Positions 8,886 through 17,510 of a stretch of DNA of 45,725 nucleotides are shown here, one piece after another. The notes under the pieces were generated by a model. The model was not told the origin of the DNA, did no database searches, and worked only from the letters and a program-made list of their open reading frames with translations. The position numbers and the translations under genes are program-made. Source of the DNA: a virus (Duplodnaviria > Caudoviricetes). Position 1 is the stretch's first letter. Each line of letters begins with the position of its first letter. The stretch spans positions 1 through 45,725 of IMG/VR virus record IMGVR_UViG_3300032257_000026; one strand, given 5' to 3'.

Positions 8886-10426
8886 TAGCGCAACCTCAAT
8901 GGTGTTCGACGCGGCGCCCATTCGCCGGCGGCGACTTCCACCGTATCAGCATCGGCTCGATTCTGGAAAGGACTCATCGAACCGCGACGCAGCTCGCCAT
9001 CCTCGCTCGAGGCGCCGACACCGATGCCGCCATCGCCTGCGTGCGTAAGCACCAGCGAATCCCAGTGGTCCGGAGAACGGCCGGCGCGGCGTTTGTACTC
9101 TTCCTTTTTTTCGATCTTTCGCCGAGTGCGCTCGTCGAATTTTGCGCGGAGCGTTGTCGCCTCCTGCATAAGCGAGGTCTCATCCAGCACCCTGCTCGCG
9201 ATGGATATTTTTCCATCGCGGAATCGAGTCTGGACCGCATGCGCCAGCTCGCTGCGGAGGTTGATATGCTTGTCCGGTTCGGTAGCCGTCTCCCCGACGT
9301 TGACCGGGAAAACCGGCTGGTTTGCGTTCAGCAGGATGTCCGTGACTCCGCCGCCGATGCCGATATCGTCGACGTACAAGCAGTCCGGATTGAAATCGTC
9401 GATCGCAGTTCGAGCGCGACCGGACGTTTGAACAATGTCCTGGCCATGCCAGACATCGACGCGATCGATGAAGTCGCCCTCGCGGTAAGTTAGGACGTTG
9501 AGGTTCACGCCTTGGCGCGCGACATCTAGGCCGAGTGTCCGGCCTTCGCGCGAGAGCGGAGCGCCGAACCGGTCGACGATGCGATCGCGCGAATCCATCA
9601 TCTGCTGGATCGTAATGAGGCCCTCGGTTGTCGCCGTGGGGAAGTTGCCATAGACGTTGACCTGGACCCACGGCGAGTTCTTGCCGTACTTCGAAATCTG
9701 ATCGAGGGCCCACTGACGATCGACGCGTGGCGCGCGGTTCGGATCATCGGGATCGCCGGTCACGGTAAAGAGCTTCCAGAGATCGCGCTCGGTTGTGCAA
9801 GCGCGCCAGAGCGGACCTTCGTTGTGCGTTGGGTTTCCGGCGATAACCAGGTGCATCTCGGTACCCGAAGCGAGCGCACCCTCCGCCGCAGCGACCACCG
9901 CATCCGGGACGCCGCCGGCCTCGTCGACCACGATCAGAATATACTCGGCGTGCAGACCGGCGAGCGTTCCCTCCATCTGTTCTTGATCGGCCGAGCGGGA
10001 CCATTGGCGCGCCGACACAAACCAGTTGTCCGCGTCCGGCTTGTAGGTAATGCGCTCCTTCGCATAGTCGAACGTTCGACGCATGAACTTTGAGCGGCGC
10101 ATCCACTTCCCGAGCTCGGCCCATAGGCCGTCCTTCAGGTTGCCGCCGGTAATCGAGGTCACCGCGATCTTTGGGAACGGCCGCGTGACTAAAAAGTTCA
10201 GGATCAGCCACGAGAGCGTCGCCGACTTGCCAGGACCCTTGCACGCCTTCATCGCCAGACGCGGCGACGATGGAAAAGCCTCGAGTACTTCGATCTGCCA
10301 GGGGTCCGGCTGGACGCCCAGCTCCTCGATTACGAACGCGGTCGGATGCAGACGCCAGCGCGCGAGGTTCCATGCAGCGCGCTCGCGCGCTTCGCTCGCA
10401 TTGACGTATTCATCAGCTACGGACAA
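8885..10426 (-). CDS. terL: Terminase large subunit
   Basis: PDPWQ, Walker A ACKGPGKS, Walker B ILIVVDEA, GNP coupling motif, nuclease LGLDVA...YVDDIGIGGG...SPDHWDS; likely TTG start at 10426 with GAGGAG SD. Confidence 0.95.
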   Translation of the reverse strand: MSVADEYVNASEARERAAWNLARWRLHPTAFVIEELGVQPDPWQIEVLEAFPSSPRLAMKACKGPGKSATLSWLILNFLVTRPFPKIAVTSITGGNLKDGLWAELGKWMRRSKFMRRTFDYAKERITYKPDADNWFVSARQWSRSADQEQMEGTLAGLHAEYILIVVDEAGGVPDAVVAAAEGALASGTEMHLVIAGNPTHNEGPLWRACTTERDLWKLFTVTGDPDDPNRAPRVDRQWALDQISKYGKNSPWVQVNVYGNFPTATTEGLITIQQMMDSRDRIVDRFGAPLSREGRTLGLDVARQGVNLNVLTYREGDFIDRVDVWHGQDIVQTSGRARTAIDDFNPDCLYVDDIGIGGGVTDILLNANQPVFPVNVGETATEPDKHINLRSELAHAVQTRFRDGKISIASRVLDETSLMQEATTLRAKFDERTRRKIEKKEEYKRRAGRSPDHWDSLVLTHAGDGGIGVGASSEDGELRRGSMSPFQNRADADTVEVAAGEWAPRRTPLRLR

Positions 10427-10895
10427 CGGGCTCCTCCGCTGGCGCTTCGACCTTCGGCGCCTCCGGCGGCGCCGGCGGGAGCGTAATGACAGGATGCGCG
10501 TCCAGATCGGCCTTTGCTTCTCGCTCGACATCCGCGCCGAGCGATCGCTCGACCAGGCCGGGGAGCAGGTTCACATCGATCGAGCCGGCGATCTGTGTTT
10601 GATTCCGGTCGGCCCAGCCGAGTCGGTTCTTTGCCCAGAAGATCTGTGCGGCGACGTTGTTTTTTTGCGTCGCGTTCTTGAACATCGCCGACTGCACCAG
10701 ACCATCCGCAGCGCGCCGAGCATCCTCGAACCGCTCCTTCAGATCCGGGAAGGCGGCGACCTGGTACTGCAGCCAGCGTTCGCTTTTGTTGACCGCGGCC
10801 GCGGCGAGCGACTGGTTCGCGCCGGCTGTGAAGGCGCCGCAAATTTTATTGGCGTCCGCCGGGATCATTTTTGGGGGCGGCTTAGCAGCTGGCAT
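10413..10895 (-). CDS. terS: Terminase small subunit
   Basis: N-terminal HTH-like segment and NVAAQIFWAKNRLGWAD motif typical of TerS; overlaps the TerL start. Confidence 0.8.
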   Translation of the reverse strand: MPAAKPPPKMIPADANKICGAFTAGANQSLAAAAVNKSERWLQYQVAAFPDLKERFEDARRAADGLVQSAMFKNATQKNNVAAQIFWAKNRLGWADRNQTQIAGSIDVNLLPGLVERSLGADVEREAKADLDAHPVITLPPAPPEAPKVEAPAEEPVVRS

Positions 10896-12222
10896 CGTTG
10901 CCTCGCCACCCGACCGCGAGCTCGCCGGTGAAGTTTTGCCAGCGACGAACAGCAACGTCGATCCACCGCGGATCGATCTCCATCCCGAAGCACCGGCGGC
11001 CGACGCGCTCGCCGGCGATCAGAGCCGAGCCCGAGCCGGCAAACGGATCGACGAACACCTCGCCACGTTTTGTGTGGTTGCAGATCGGGATCTCGTAGAG
11101 CTCGACCGGCTTCTGCGTAGGATGCGACGTGGCCTGGCCACCGACCGAGCCTCGGATCGGCGAGGGGTAATCCCAGACCGTCTTCTGCTTGCGATCGCCG
11201 AGCCATTTAGCTTCTTCGTTCCGAGCGTACCAGGCGACCTCGTGCGTCGGTTCGTAGGCGGCGAAGCACGGCTCGTGCTGCCAATGGTAATGCTGCCGCG
11301 ACAGCGCGAACTGCGACTTCAGCCAAATGATCTGCTGCGCGATCTTGTAGCCGTTGCGTTCGAGCCCGAGCGCGACATCGTGTGCAAGCGCACCAGCGTG
11401 CCAGGCGTAGATGACCGGCGCGCCGAACAGGACGAACACATCCGCCCAATCGCTCCGATCGTCGTTCTGGATTTCGCCGCCGCGTTCGGTTTTGTTAACG
11501 CCGGCATCGGCGCGCCAGCCGTGGTCGACGCGGACCCCGTAAGGCGGATCGCTTGCGAGCAGCGCCGGCTTATGGCCATCGAGCAGGAGCGCCACGTCGG
11601 CCGCAGACGTAGCGTCGCCACATAGCAGCCGATGGGCCCCGAGTAGGATCAGATCGCCAGGCTGAGCCAGCGGTGGCGCCTCATCGGGCTCCGCGGCAGC
11701 GTTCGCGTCCGCGCCGGCCGCGCGGTTGATTTCAACTTCGAAGTCCTTGATCAGCTTGTCGGATTCGGAAGTGTCGAAACCCGACAGAGCGAGATCCGCC
11801 GGCGCGGACGCGAGCTCGGAGAGCAGCTCGCCGAGCGAGGACTCGTCCCACGTTCCCGAGATCCGGTTAAGCGCCAGGTTGAGCGCCTTCTCCTTGCGAT
11901 CGCTGAGATCGACCCAGACGCACGGCAGCTCCGCCCAGCCTTCGGCTTCGGCCGCCTTCGTTCGCTGGTGGCCGCCGACGATCACCGGCGTTGCATCCTC
12001 ATCCCAGCCGGCATCGACCGAGCGACGGTTGACAACGATCGGCTCGACACAACCGAACTCGCGCAGCGAGAGCCGCAGCTTCTCGAGCTCATTCGATGAA
12101 ATCTTCCTGGGGTTATACGGCGCCGCCAGATTGACGAGCCGCAGCACCGGAAGTGTGCTCTTGGGGGGGATCGCGGGACCAGTCGCCGACTGCTCTTGTT
12201 GCATGTGCTCTCCGGAAGGCAT
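10882..12222 (-). CDS. ParB-like domain fused to an N4/N6 DNA methyltransferase
   Basis: APYNPR...EPIVVN...IVGGHQR (ParB/Srx); LLCGDAT, SDPPYG, HPTQKPVEL, DPFAGSGS, GMEIDP (beta-class MTase). Confidence 0.93.
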   Translation of the reverse strand: MPSGEHMQQEQSATGPAIPPKSTLPVLRLVNLAAPYNPRKISSNELEKLRLSLREFGCVEPIVVNRRSVDAGWDEDATPVIVGGHQRTKAAEAEGWAELPCVWVDLSDRKEKALNLALNRISGTWDESSLGELLSELASAPADLALSGFDTSESDKLIKDFEVEINRAAGADANAAAEPDEAPPLAQPGDLILLGAHRLLCGDATSAADVALLLDGHKPALLASDPPYGVRVDHGWRADAGVNKTERGGEIQNDDRSDWADVFVLFGAPVIYAWHAGALAHDVALGLERNGYKIAQQIIWLKSQFALSRQHYHWQHEPCFAAYEPTHEVAWYARNEEAKWLGDRKQKTVWDYPSPIRGSVGGQATSHPTQKPVELYEIPICNHTKRGEVFVDPFAGSGSALIAGERVGRRCFGMEIDPRWIDVAVRRWQNFTGELAVGWRGNDASC

Positions 12223-12240
12223 CGCCGTCGCCTCTTTTCT

Positions 12241-12270
12241 AAACTAAGCCACGGCGACGAAGTCCGTCAA
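12241..12270 (-). promoter_or_regulatory. Putative sigma70-type promoter of the packaging/structural operon
   Basis: TTGACG-N18-TAGTTT immediately after a terminator and before the MTase-terminase genes. Confidence 0.45.
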
Positions 12271-12276
12271 GCGAGC

Positions 12277-12315
12277 AAAAAAACGGCGCCCCCCGAAACC
12301 GATCGAGAGGCGCCG
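12277..12315 (-). terminator. Intrinsic terminator ending the accessory operon
   Basis: Minus strand CGGCGCCTCTCG-loop-CGGGGGGCGCCG followed by T7. Confidence 0.75.
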
Positions 12316-12340
12316 CGCGCAATGCGCTGGAGAGCGAGCT

Positions 12341-12565
12341 TTAGTCGACCTTCTCGGGCAGCGTTTCGACCTCCGGAACCAGCACCGGTGGGATCATCCC
12401 CGCGAGCTGCATGAAGCGGTTAAGCTCCGGCGCCATGCCGAGCGACGCGCCGATCGCGACACGCACGAGATCGGCCTTGTCTACGCCGAGCTGCGCGGCC
12501 TTCGTTTCGAGTAGGCGATTCATCGCGGACGGTAGTCCGACTTCATAACGTTCAAGACGAGCCAT
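12341..12565 (-). CDS. Putative ribbon-helix-helix (CopG-like) DNA-binding protein
   Basis: RYEVGLPSAMNRLLETKAAQLGVDKADLVRVAI strand-helix-helix pattern. Confidence 0.6.
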   Translation of the reverse strand: MARLERYEVGLPSAMNRLLETKAAQLGVDKADLVRVAIGASLGMAPELNRFMQLAGMIPPVLVPEVETLPEKVD

Positions 12566-12950
12566 CGCTGGCCTCCTTCATTTCGCTGTAAGGCATCACG
12601 AGCGACCCGCCGACCTTGATCGACGCGTTGACGAGCGCGACACCTTCAGCGCTGGATAAAACAGGTTTGCAGCCGTGCGGGCAGCGCATGTCCTCGACCA
12701 CGCCGAACAGCCTACAGACCATCGGTCTGAGTTTGTAAACGGAACACTTCGAACCTTTGAGATGCGGACACGGAGCATCTACGCGCGCCTGTGGTTTCGA
12801 GCCGGCGGCCAGCTCGAGGCGCCGAGCTTCCGCCTTCGACATGATCAGCCCCGAGACACAGTCCGCGCTGCAGAGCCCCTTACATTCGAACGCCGGCAGC
12901 TTCGCATAGATCGCGTCGAGCTTCGCGGCCTTCTTCGATCGCCGGCTCAC
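12552..12950 (-). CDS. YkgJ-like cysteine-cluster (Zn or Fe-S) protein
   Basis: CKGLCSADC...CPHL...CSVYKLRPMVCRLFG; GTGA overlap with the upstream stop. Confidence 0.8.
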   Translation of the reverse strand: MSRRSKKAAKLDAIYAKLPAFECKGLCSADCVSGLIMSKAEARRLELAAGSKPQARVDAPCPHLKGSKCSVYKLRPMVCRLFGVVEDMRCPHGCKPVLSSAEGVALVNASIKVGGSLVMPYSEMKEASDGSS

Positions 12951-13222
12951 GACGCAGCCCGCTCGACCTTGAACGCGACCAGGATCCCGGCGAGCCGTTC
13001 GATCATCTGTTGATGCTCGTGCCGAGATAAGCGACAGCGACGATCGGCGACCAGAAGATCGTGTGCATCCTCGATCGCTTCGAGCAGATCGCCGGCGCCG
13101 AGCGGGAAATCTCTCGAGACACGAATGTGCTCCGGGCACGAGCCGCGACCGTTCACGATCCCCGCGGTCGGATCGCCGCAGACCCAGCAAGGAACCTTCC
13201 CGTTATCCATCGCGCGCCGCAT
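12947..13222 (-). CDS. Hypothetical protein with a CxxC..CxxH motif
   Basis: CWVC...CPEH; translationally coupled at both ends. Confidence 0.6.
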   Translation of the reverse strand: MRRAMDNGKVPCWVCGDPTAGIVNGRGSCPEHIRVSRDFPLGAGDLLEAIEDAHDLLVADRRCRLSRHEHQQMIERLAGILVAFKVERAAS

Positions 13223-13509
13223 TAGAACGGCTCCACGATTCGGATTAGGCCGGCCGTTTCCATCGCCGCGAGAGCGGCCGAGGACGCGGCCTCCTCCGAC
13301 TCGAGCGCGGCCGCGCTGCGTAGCGAGTGCTGCGCGGACACGGCGACATCGGTCGGCAGCCCGGCGCCGAAAACACGCTCCTGCAGCTGGGCAATGAAGT
13401 CCTTGAGCGTAGGCCCCGAGTCGAAAGACCGCTCGCGGAGCTGCTCCATTATTTCGGCCGGCGTTCCGGAGTACTCGTTCTTCCCGCTATCGTTTAGTTT
13501 CACTTTCAT
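13222..13509 (-). CDS. Hypothetical protein
   Basis: AAGGAG SD before MKVKLNDSGKNEYSG; C-terminal part of track ORF 13222..13956. Confidence 0.7.
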   Translation of the reverse strand: MKVKLNDSGKNEYSGTPAEIMEQLRERSFDSGPTLKDFIAQLQERVFGAGLPTDVAVSAQHSLRSAAALESEEAASSAALAAMETAGLIRIVEPF

Positions 13510-13525
13510 CGTTTTCTCCTTGCCG

Positions 13526-13969
13526 CTATGCGGCCGCTGTTGCGGCGCGCTCGAGCGGCGCCAGGTTGAATCCGTTGTTCTTGTAGGCCGCAGCCACGCG
13601 CGCGAAGTAGATCCGCGACGGGCCCTGCGACGGAATGCGACGACGGCGATGGACGTACACGATCGCCGAGCGCCAAACGCCGTGCTCATCGCGCACGCGC
13701 ATCGACCGGCGCTCGTAGACCCACGGCCAGCCTTCGCAGGCGTCGAGCTTCCGGAGGTCGCGCTTTGAGATATTGAACAGCACACCCTCCACCACCGAGC
13801 CGGCATCGCGCTCGACCGTAGCGACGGCGCCGCCCCAGCCCTGAGAGTAGCCGGCGAATCCGATCGACCAGCCCTCGAGCTTCGCCGCGCGCACCGGATA
13901 GCTATCCGGACAGCGGCGCTGCATCTGGAGCGGGTCCAGGTTTGAGCCATAAGCAAAATAGAGCATCAC
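13526..13969 (-). CDS. Gamma-glutamylcyclotransferase (AIG2-like)
   Basis: LYFAYGSNL..QM.RRCP, VEGVLF, LDACEG with catalytic Glu. Confidence 0.92.
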   Translation of the reverse strand: MMLYFAYGSNLDPLQMQRRCPDSYPVRAAKLEGWSIGFAGYSQGWGGAVATVERDAGSVVEGVLFNISKRDLRKLDACEGWPWVYERRSMRVRDEHGVWRSAIVYVHRRRRIPSQGPSRIYFARVAAAYKNNGFNLAPLERAATAAA

Positions 13970-14370
13970 GCCTCCAGCGGTTCGCGGACCGGCATCACAT
14001 CGCGCCAGGAATCCGAATCGTAAACATCAGTCTCATCGGCACGACCGGCCCAGCAGTAGAACCAGGCGCCATGCTCGCCCCCTTCGACAGCGACGCGGCA
14101 GCGTTCGCGACGGTAGAGCGTGGGGCAGCCTTCGACTTGATCGAGATGCGCCAGCGCGTTCTCGTCGACCGAGTAGAGCTCGCCGCGGACCTGGTGCCCT
14201 TCGAGCGGGATCACGCCAGGGAACCACGCGCCGACATCGACCAGCGCATGGCCCGGCAGCACCGCGTCCTTCTCCACCAGCACCGCGCGCTCGCCCTGCA
14301 GAACCGGATTGAGCCGCAGCCCCGACATCAGCGTCCCGTAAACAAAAATCATCGTTCGTTCGTTCGACAT
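13966..14370 (-). CDS. Gamma-glutamylcyclotransferase (GGACT/YtfP-like)
   Basis: IFVYGTLM.G, VRGELYSV, LDQVEG, LYRR. Confidence 0.92.
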   Translation of the reverse strand: MSNERTMIFVYGTLMSGLRLNPVLQGERAVLVEKDAVLPGHALVDVGAWFPGVIPLEGHQVRGELYSVDENALAHLDQVEGCPTLYRRERCRVAVEGGEHGAWFYCWAGRADETDVYDSDSWRDVMPVREPLEA

Positions 14371-14382
14371 ATCCATCTCCAA

Positions 14383-15300
14383 CTAGGCCGCCGCAGAGCG
14401 GCGTCCGTTTTGAAAGGCGCTGTCACCAGCGAGGCGGGAGAGCATGTGCAAGCGGCACGTTTTGAACTCGGTGCCGATCAGACCGAGCGAGAGCAGGAAC
14501 ACGCGGAAATCGTATTTTGCGGTCGCGGCGTTGTAGGGGCGACGCTTGGCCGAGGCCGACTTACCGTTGATCGCCTTGGCGCCGAGCGCGAGGCAGAACT
14601 GAACCATCGCCTTGACTTTGCCAGCGTGGAGCGTCGCATCGAACAACCGGAACTCGACCGTGCCGCGGAAGAAAACGTTGTGCAGGTTTAGGCCGTGGTA
14701 GCGGTTGTGGTCATAGTGCATCGGGCGATCGTTCTGGCGACCGTACACCGCGCGGTTGATCCCGTTCAGATCGGCGCCGGCTTCGGCAGCGGCGACCACG
14801 CGATCGGTTACCGGTCGCGCCCAGCGGCTCTGGCGATCGTTGGTGACACCAACTGCAGCGTAGATCAGCTGCTCTTGCTTGCGGACCGTCTTGACGAGCC
14901 GACCGAGCGCCTTTGAATCGAACGACTGCGCGCCGAGGTGAATGTGGATCCCGCAAGAATGATCGATGCGACCAGCGCGCGAGGTGCGAACAGCGCGAAC
15001 GATCTCTTGCAGCTGCTCCATGTCGTCCCAGCGGAGAATCGGGGAAACGATCTCGGCGCCGCCGCCGGTCACGCTGCCATCGCGCACGACCTTCCAGGTG
15101 CGACCGTCAGGCGCCGTTACGCTGACCGAGTAGCCGCGGTTGATCTGGCCGCCGGTCACCGAGTGGATCGCCGCGGCGACATCTTCGCGCCGGCCGACCG
15201 TCTCGATCTCGATTCCGAAGGTGAGAGCTTTCATCGTCGCCAGGGCTTTTTGCTTTGCGTTCATTCCGTTCTCCGTTGCGTTGTTGGCTGCGTTGTTCAT
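14383..15300 (-). CDS. Putative amidoligase (Amidoligase_2, COOH-NH2 ligase)
   Basis: [44 protein letters not shown] motifs. Confidence 0.92.
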   Translation of the reverse strand: MNNAANNATENGMNAKQKALATMKALTFGIEIETVGRREDVAAAIHSVTGGQINRGYSVSVTAPDGRTWKVVRDGSVTGGGAEIVSPILRWDDMEQLQEIVRAVRTSRAGRIDHSCGIHIHLGAQSFDSKALGRLVKTVRKQEQLIYAAVGVTNDRQSRWARPVTDRVVAAAEAGADLNGINRAVYGRQNDRPMHYDHNRYHGLNLHNVFFRGTVEFRLFDATLHAGKVKAMVQFCLALGAKAINGKSASAKRRPYNAATAKYDFRVFLLSLGLIGTEFKTCRLHMLSRLAGDSAFQNGRRSAAA

Positions 15301-15384
15301 AAAGAGATAATACGGTAGCCAACCGTATAGCGCAAGGGTTTCTGTGGAAAAGTTTGCCCGCAGTTCCGGGCTTTCTCAAAAAAC
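15287..15384. repeat. Copy 1 of a ~97 bp direct repeat (terminator remnant, promoter, operator, MNNAA start)
   Basis: Aligns with 16198..16294: GCTGCGTTGTTCAT...AGATAATACGGT...ACCGTATA.CGCAAGGGTTT...GCCCG...TTCCGGGCTTT...AAAAAA. Confidence 0.9.
15307..15335 (-). promoter_or_regulatory. Sigma70-type promoter with overlapping palindromic operator
   Basis: TTGCGC-N17-TATTAT, 6 nt before ATG 15300; inverted repeat ATACGGT-N5-ACCGTAT at 15310..15328. Confidence 0.8.
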
Positions 15385-15396
15385 ATGCTTTTTGCC

Positions 15397-15789
15397 CTAC
15401 GTTTCGAGCCCGTGGACGGCCGGATTGAGGTCGATATTCCAATCGAGCTCCACGTTTTTATCGCAATCGACGCACCATTGATCCGAAAGCGAGAGCGAGC
15501 ACTCCATGTTTCCGCCGATGAGCTCCCGAGTTACCGGCGAGATCCATTCGAGGACCTGGACATTCGAGCCGCCGCAGGCCGGGCAGGTCACGATGTACGG
15601 CGACGCCGCCAGGACCCGGGCCACCGCCTCGATCGCGGCCGGCGACGTTTCCGGGCCGAGATTGACCTCGGCATCACCGGAGGCGCCGCCGGCGCCGAAT
15701 TCGACCCCGTAGCCGACACCGAGCTTCGAGAGCAGCTCGAGGACCTCCGGCCGCTTCCCGGCCGAGACCGTAATCGCCAGCGACGGCAT
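15397..15789 (-). CDS. Hypothetical protein with a C-terminal zinc ribbon
   Basis: CPACGGSNV...WCVDC; TGATG coupling. Confidence 0.7.
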   Translation of the reverse strand: MPSLAITVSAGKRPEVLELLSKLGVGYGVEFGAGGASGDAEVNLGPETSPAAIEAVARVLAASPYIVTCPACGGSNVQVLEWISPVTRELIGGNMECSLSLSDQWCVDCDKNVELDWNIDLNPAVHGLET

Positions 15790-15911
15790 CAGCCGACCAG
15801 CCGGCGCGCAACCTTGGCGTTCTCGCGAGCGTTCTGTGCATGTAGACCGACGATCGCATCCTCTAGATCCTTCTTCGCTTGGGCCAGCAGGGCTTCAACT
15901 TTTGCGTTCAT
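15789..15911 (-). CDS. Small hypothetical protein (40 aa)
   Basis: Not in the ORF track. AAGGAG SD, MNAKVEALLAQAKKDLEDAIVGLHAQNARENAKVARRLVG; stop overlaps the next ATG. Confidence 0.65.
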   Translation of the reverse strand: MNAKVEALLAQAKKDLEDAIVGLHAQNARENAKVARRLVG

Positions 15912-15941
15912 AGCGTTCTCCTTGGGACGGTTGGGGATCGA

Positions 15942-16211
15942 TTACTTGGAGCGGGTTTCGAACCAGAACGCCCGAGTGAAGGTGCCATCGTGGAGACTGA
16001 CCATCGAGCCATGCGAGGTGCTGCCCTTCGGATCCCAGCCGTTGCACTTGGCGTGGGATTCGGCGGCGATCCGGGCGTTCTTCGCGAACTTGCGATCGGT
16101 AAAGGCGATGTGGACATAGAAGGCGCCGCTGGCCGGCTTCGCTTCGAGGGTTTGCATCGTTCGGTTCTTCATGGCCTTCTCCTTGGCGGTTTGTTTCGCT
16201 GCGTTGTTCAT
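15942..16211 (-). CDS. Hypothetical protein (first gene after promoter copy 2)
   Basis: MNNAAKQTAKEKAMKN...; ATG is 6 nt after the -10 box; alternative SD-led start at the second Met. Confidence 0.7.
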   Translation of the reverse strand: MNNAAKQTAKEKAMKNRTMQTLEAKPASGAFYVHIAFTDRKFAKNARIAAESHAKCNGWDPKGSTSHGSMVSLHDGTFTRAFWFETRSK

Positions 16212-16217
16212 ACACAG

Positions 16218-16246
16218 ATAATACGGTGCCCCACCGTATAACGCAA
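16218..16246 (-). promoter_or_regulatory. Sigma70-type promoter with overlapping palindromic operator
   Basis: TTGCGT-N17-TATTAT, 6 nt before ATG 16211; perfect inverted repeat ATACGGTG-N3-CACCGTAT at 16221..16239. Confidence 0.8.
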
Positions 16247-16257
16247 GGGTTTGGCGC

Positions 16258-16294
16258 AAAAAAAAAGCCCGGATTTCCGGGCTTTGTTAAAAAA
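16258..16294 (-). terminator. Intrinsic terminator
   Basis: AAAGCCCGGA-TT-TCCGGGCTTT hairpin with a T9 tract on the minus strand, right after the gene ending at 16325. Confidence 0.8.
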
Positions 16295-16324
16295 GGTTAC
16301 GGATGGGCTCCGTATCGGGGCTTT

Positions 16325-16951
16325 TTACACCGCCGTGTCCCGAAAACAGGCCGAGCAGCGATCGGAATCGACCCAGCTGCAGCCGCCAAGGCACGGCTTC
16401 GCATCCGTACAGCCGCAGGCCGAGCAGCGATCCTCGAGCAGTATGCGCCAGATCGCCTGATGCACCGACCCTCTATCCCCGAGCGGCGCCAGGTAGCCGG
16501 CCGAGAGCAGCCAGCCGACGACCATTGTCGCCAGGCCGCTCCGCACCCCGGGCGACCAGACCACCGAGAACGCCGCCAGCCGCCCCGCCATGAAGCCAGC
16601 CAGCTCCTCGACATCCGCCAGCCGAATCGATCGCGCCAGGTCGACCGAACGCGACGCGTTCAGTTCGAGGAACAGATCCAGCGACAGCTCCGAAAATGCC
16701 GATCGCGACGGCGCCCACTCCTCGATCGGATTCCCGAACGCCGCCAGCATCGACGGATCCGGACCGACCTCGATCGTGTGTTGCGGATACGCGCGGAGCA
16801 GCTCGTGCTCCAAACGATCCTCAAACAGCTCGACCCGCTGCAGCAGCCACCGCAACGTCGCCAGCGCGCGAGCGTTCAACGGCGGCGCCGACTTCCGCGC
16901 GGACTTGTCGCCGAGCATCGAATCGATCTCATCCAAACGGTACGCCTTCAT
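16325..16951 (-). CDS. Hypothetical protein with a C-terminal Cys-rich domain
   Basis: CSACGCTDAKPCLGGCSWVDSDRCSAC; ATGA coupling. Confidence 0.75.
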   Translation of the reverse strand: MKAYRLDEIDSMLGDKSARKSAPPLNARALATLRWLLQRVELFEDRLEHELLRAYPQHTIEVGPDPSMLAAFGNPIEEWAPSRSAFSELSLDLFLELNASRSVDLARSIRLADVEELAGFMAGRLAAFSVVWSPGVRSGLATMVVGWLLSAGYLAPLGDRGSVHQAIWRILLEDRCSACGCTDAKPCLGGCSWVDSDRCSACFRDTAV

Positions 16952-17145
16952 CGCAGCAGCCCGCCGAGCCGGCCGAGCTCCTGCAGCAACGACGCCTCAT
17001 CCGATCGCGATCGCATGCGCGGACGCGGCGGCGCCGAGCGGTTGTGTTTCGATCGAGCGCGCCGGCGCAACTTGCGCCAATCCTTACGACGCCGGACGTT
17101 CAAACGGACCATGCGATCGCGGGCCTTTTTGTTTCGAGTACTCAC
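16948..17145 (-). CDS. Small Arg/Lys-rich hypothetical protein
   Basis: GAGGAGG SD, GTG start overlapping the upstream TGA; 65 aa, very basic. Confidence 0.55.
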   Translation of the reverse strand: MSTRNKKARDRMVRLNVRRRKDWRKLRRRARSKHNRSAPPRPRMRSRSDEASLLQELGRLGGLLR

Positions 17146-17510
17146 AGCGCGAACCTCCTCACGATCGATCCATCCGCGATCAACGCGATGCATTGCCTGA
17201 CAGAAAAAATCGGGATCAACATCTCCTGGGCATGCTCGACCTCGCGGCAGCTGCCCGGCGACTTCTCCCATTCCGGAACGACGCAAACCGCATCGCACCG
17301 CTCGAGCAGATCCAGACCCGACTCGATCCAGGTCGCCTCCGGAGCCGAGCCCCAGAAGAACCGCGACATCGTGTGCACACAGAGCACCGCGGCGCCGGCG
17401 CAATGCAGACGGAGAGCGATGCGCTCCGCGCGCCGAATGTTCTCCTCCCGCTGGTAGGCGGTAGCGGCTGTGTAGGCGCCGGCAACGTAGACCACCGGAC
17501 GCGCGCTCAC
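17142..17510 (-). CDS. DUF4406 / nucleoside 2-deoxyribosyltransferase-like protein
   Basis: VVYVAGAY...NIRRA...LLERCDAV..VPEWEKSPGSCREVEHA; GTGA coupling. Confidence 0.8.
   Translation of the reverse strand: MSARPVVYVAGAYTAATAYQREENIRRAERIALRLHCAGAAVLCVHTMSRFFWGSAPEATWIESGLDLLERCDAVCVVPEWEKSPGSCREVEHAQEMLIPIFSVRQCIALIADGSIVRRFAL

Larger units (their letters stand above)
16198..16294. repeat. Copy 2 of the ~97 bp direct repeat
   Basis: Aligns with 15287..15384. Confidence 0.9.

Noticed and set aside
15287-16294. Repeats as a CRISPR array, att sites or integron attC sites
   Set aside because: Only two copies 911 bp apart with promoter architecture; no cas, integrase or recombinase gene seen
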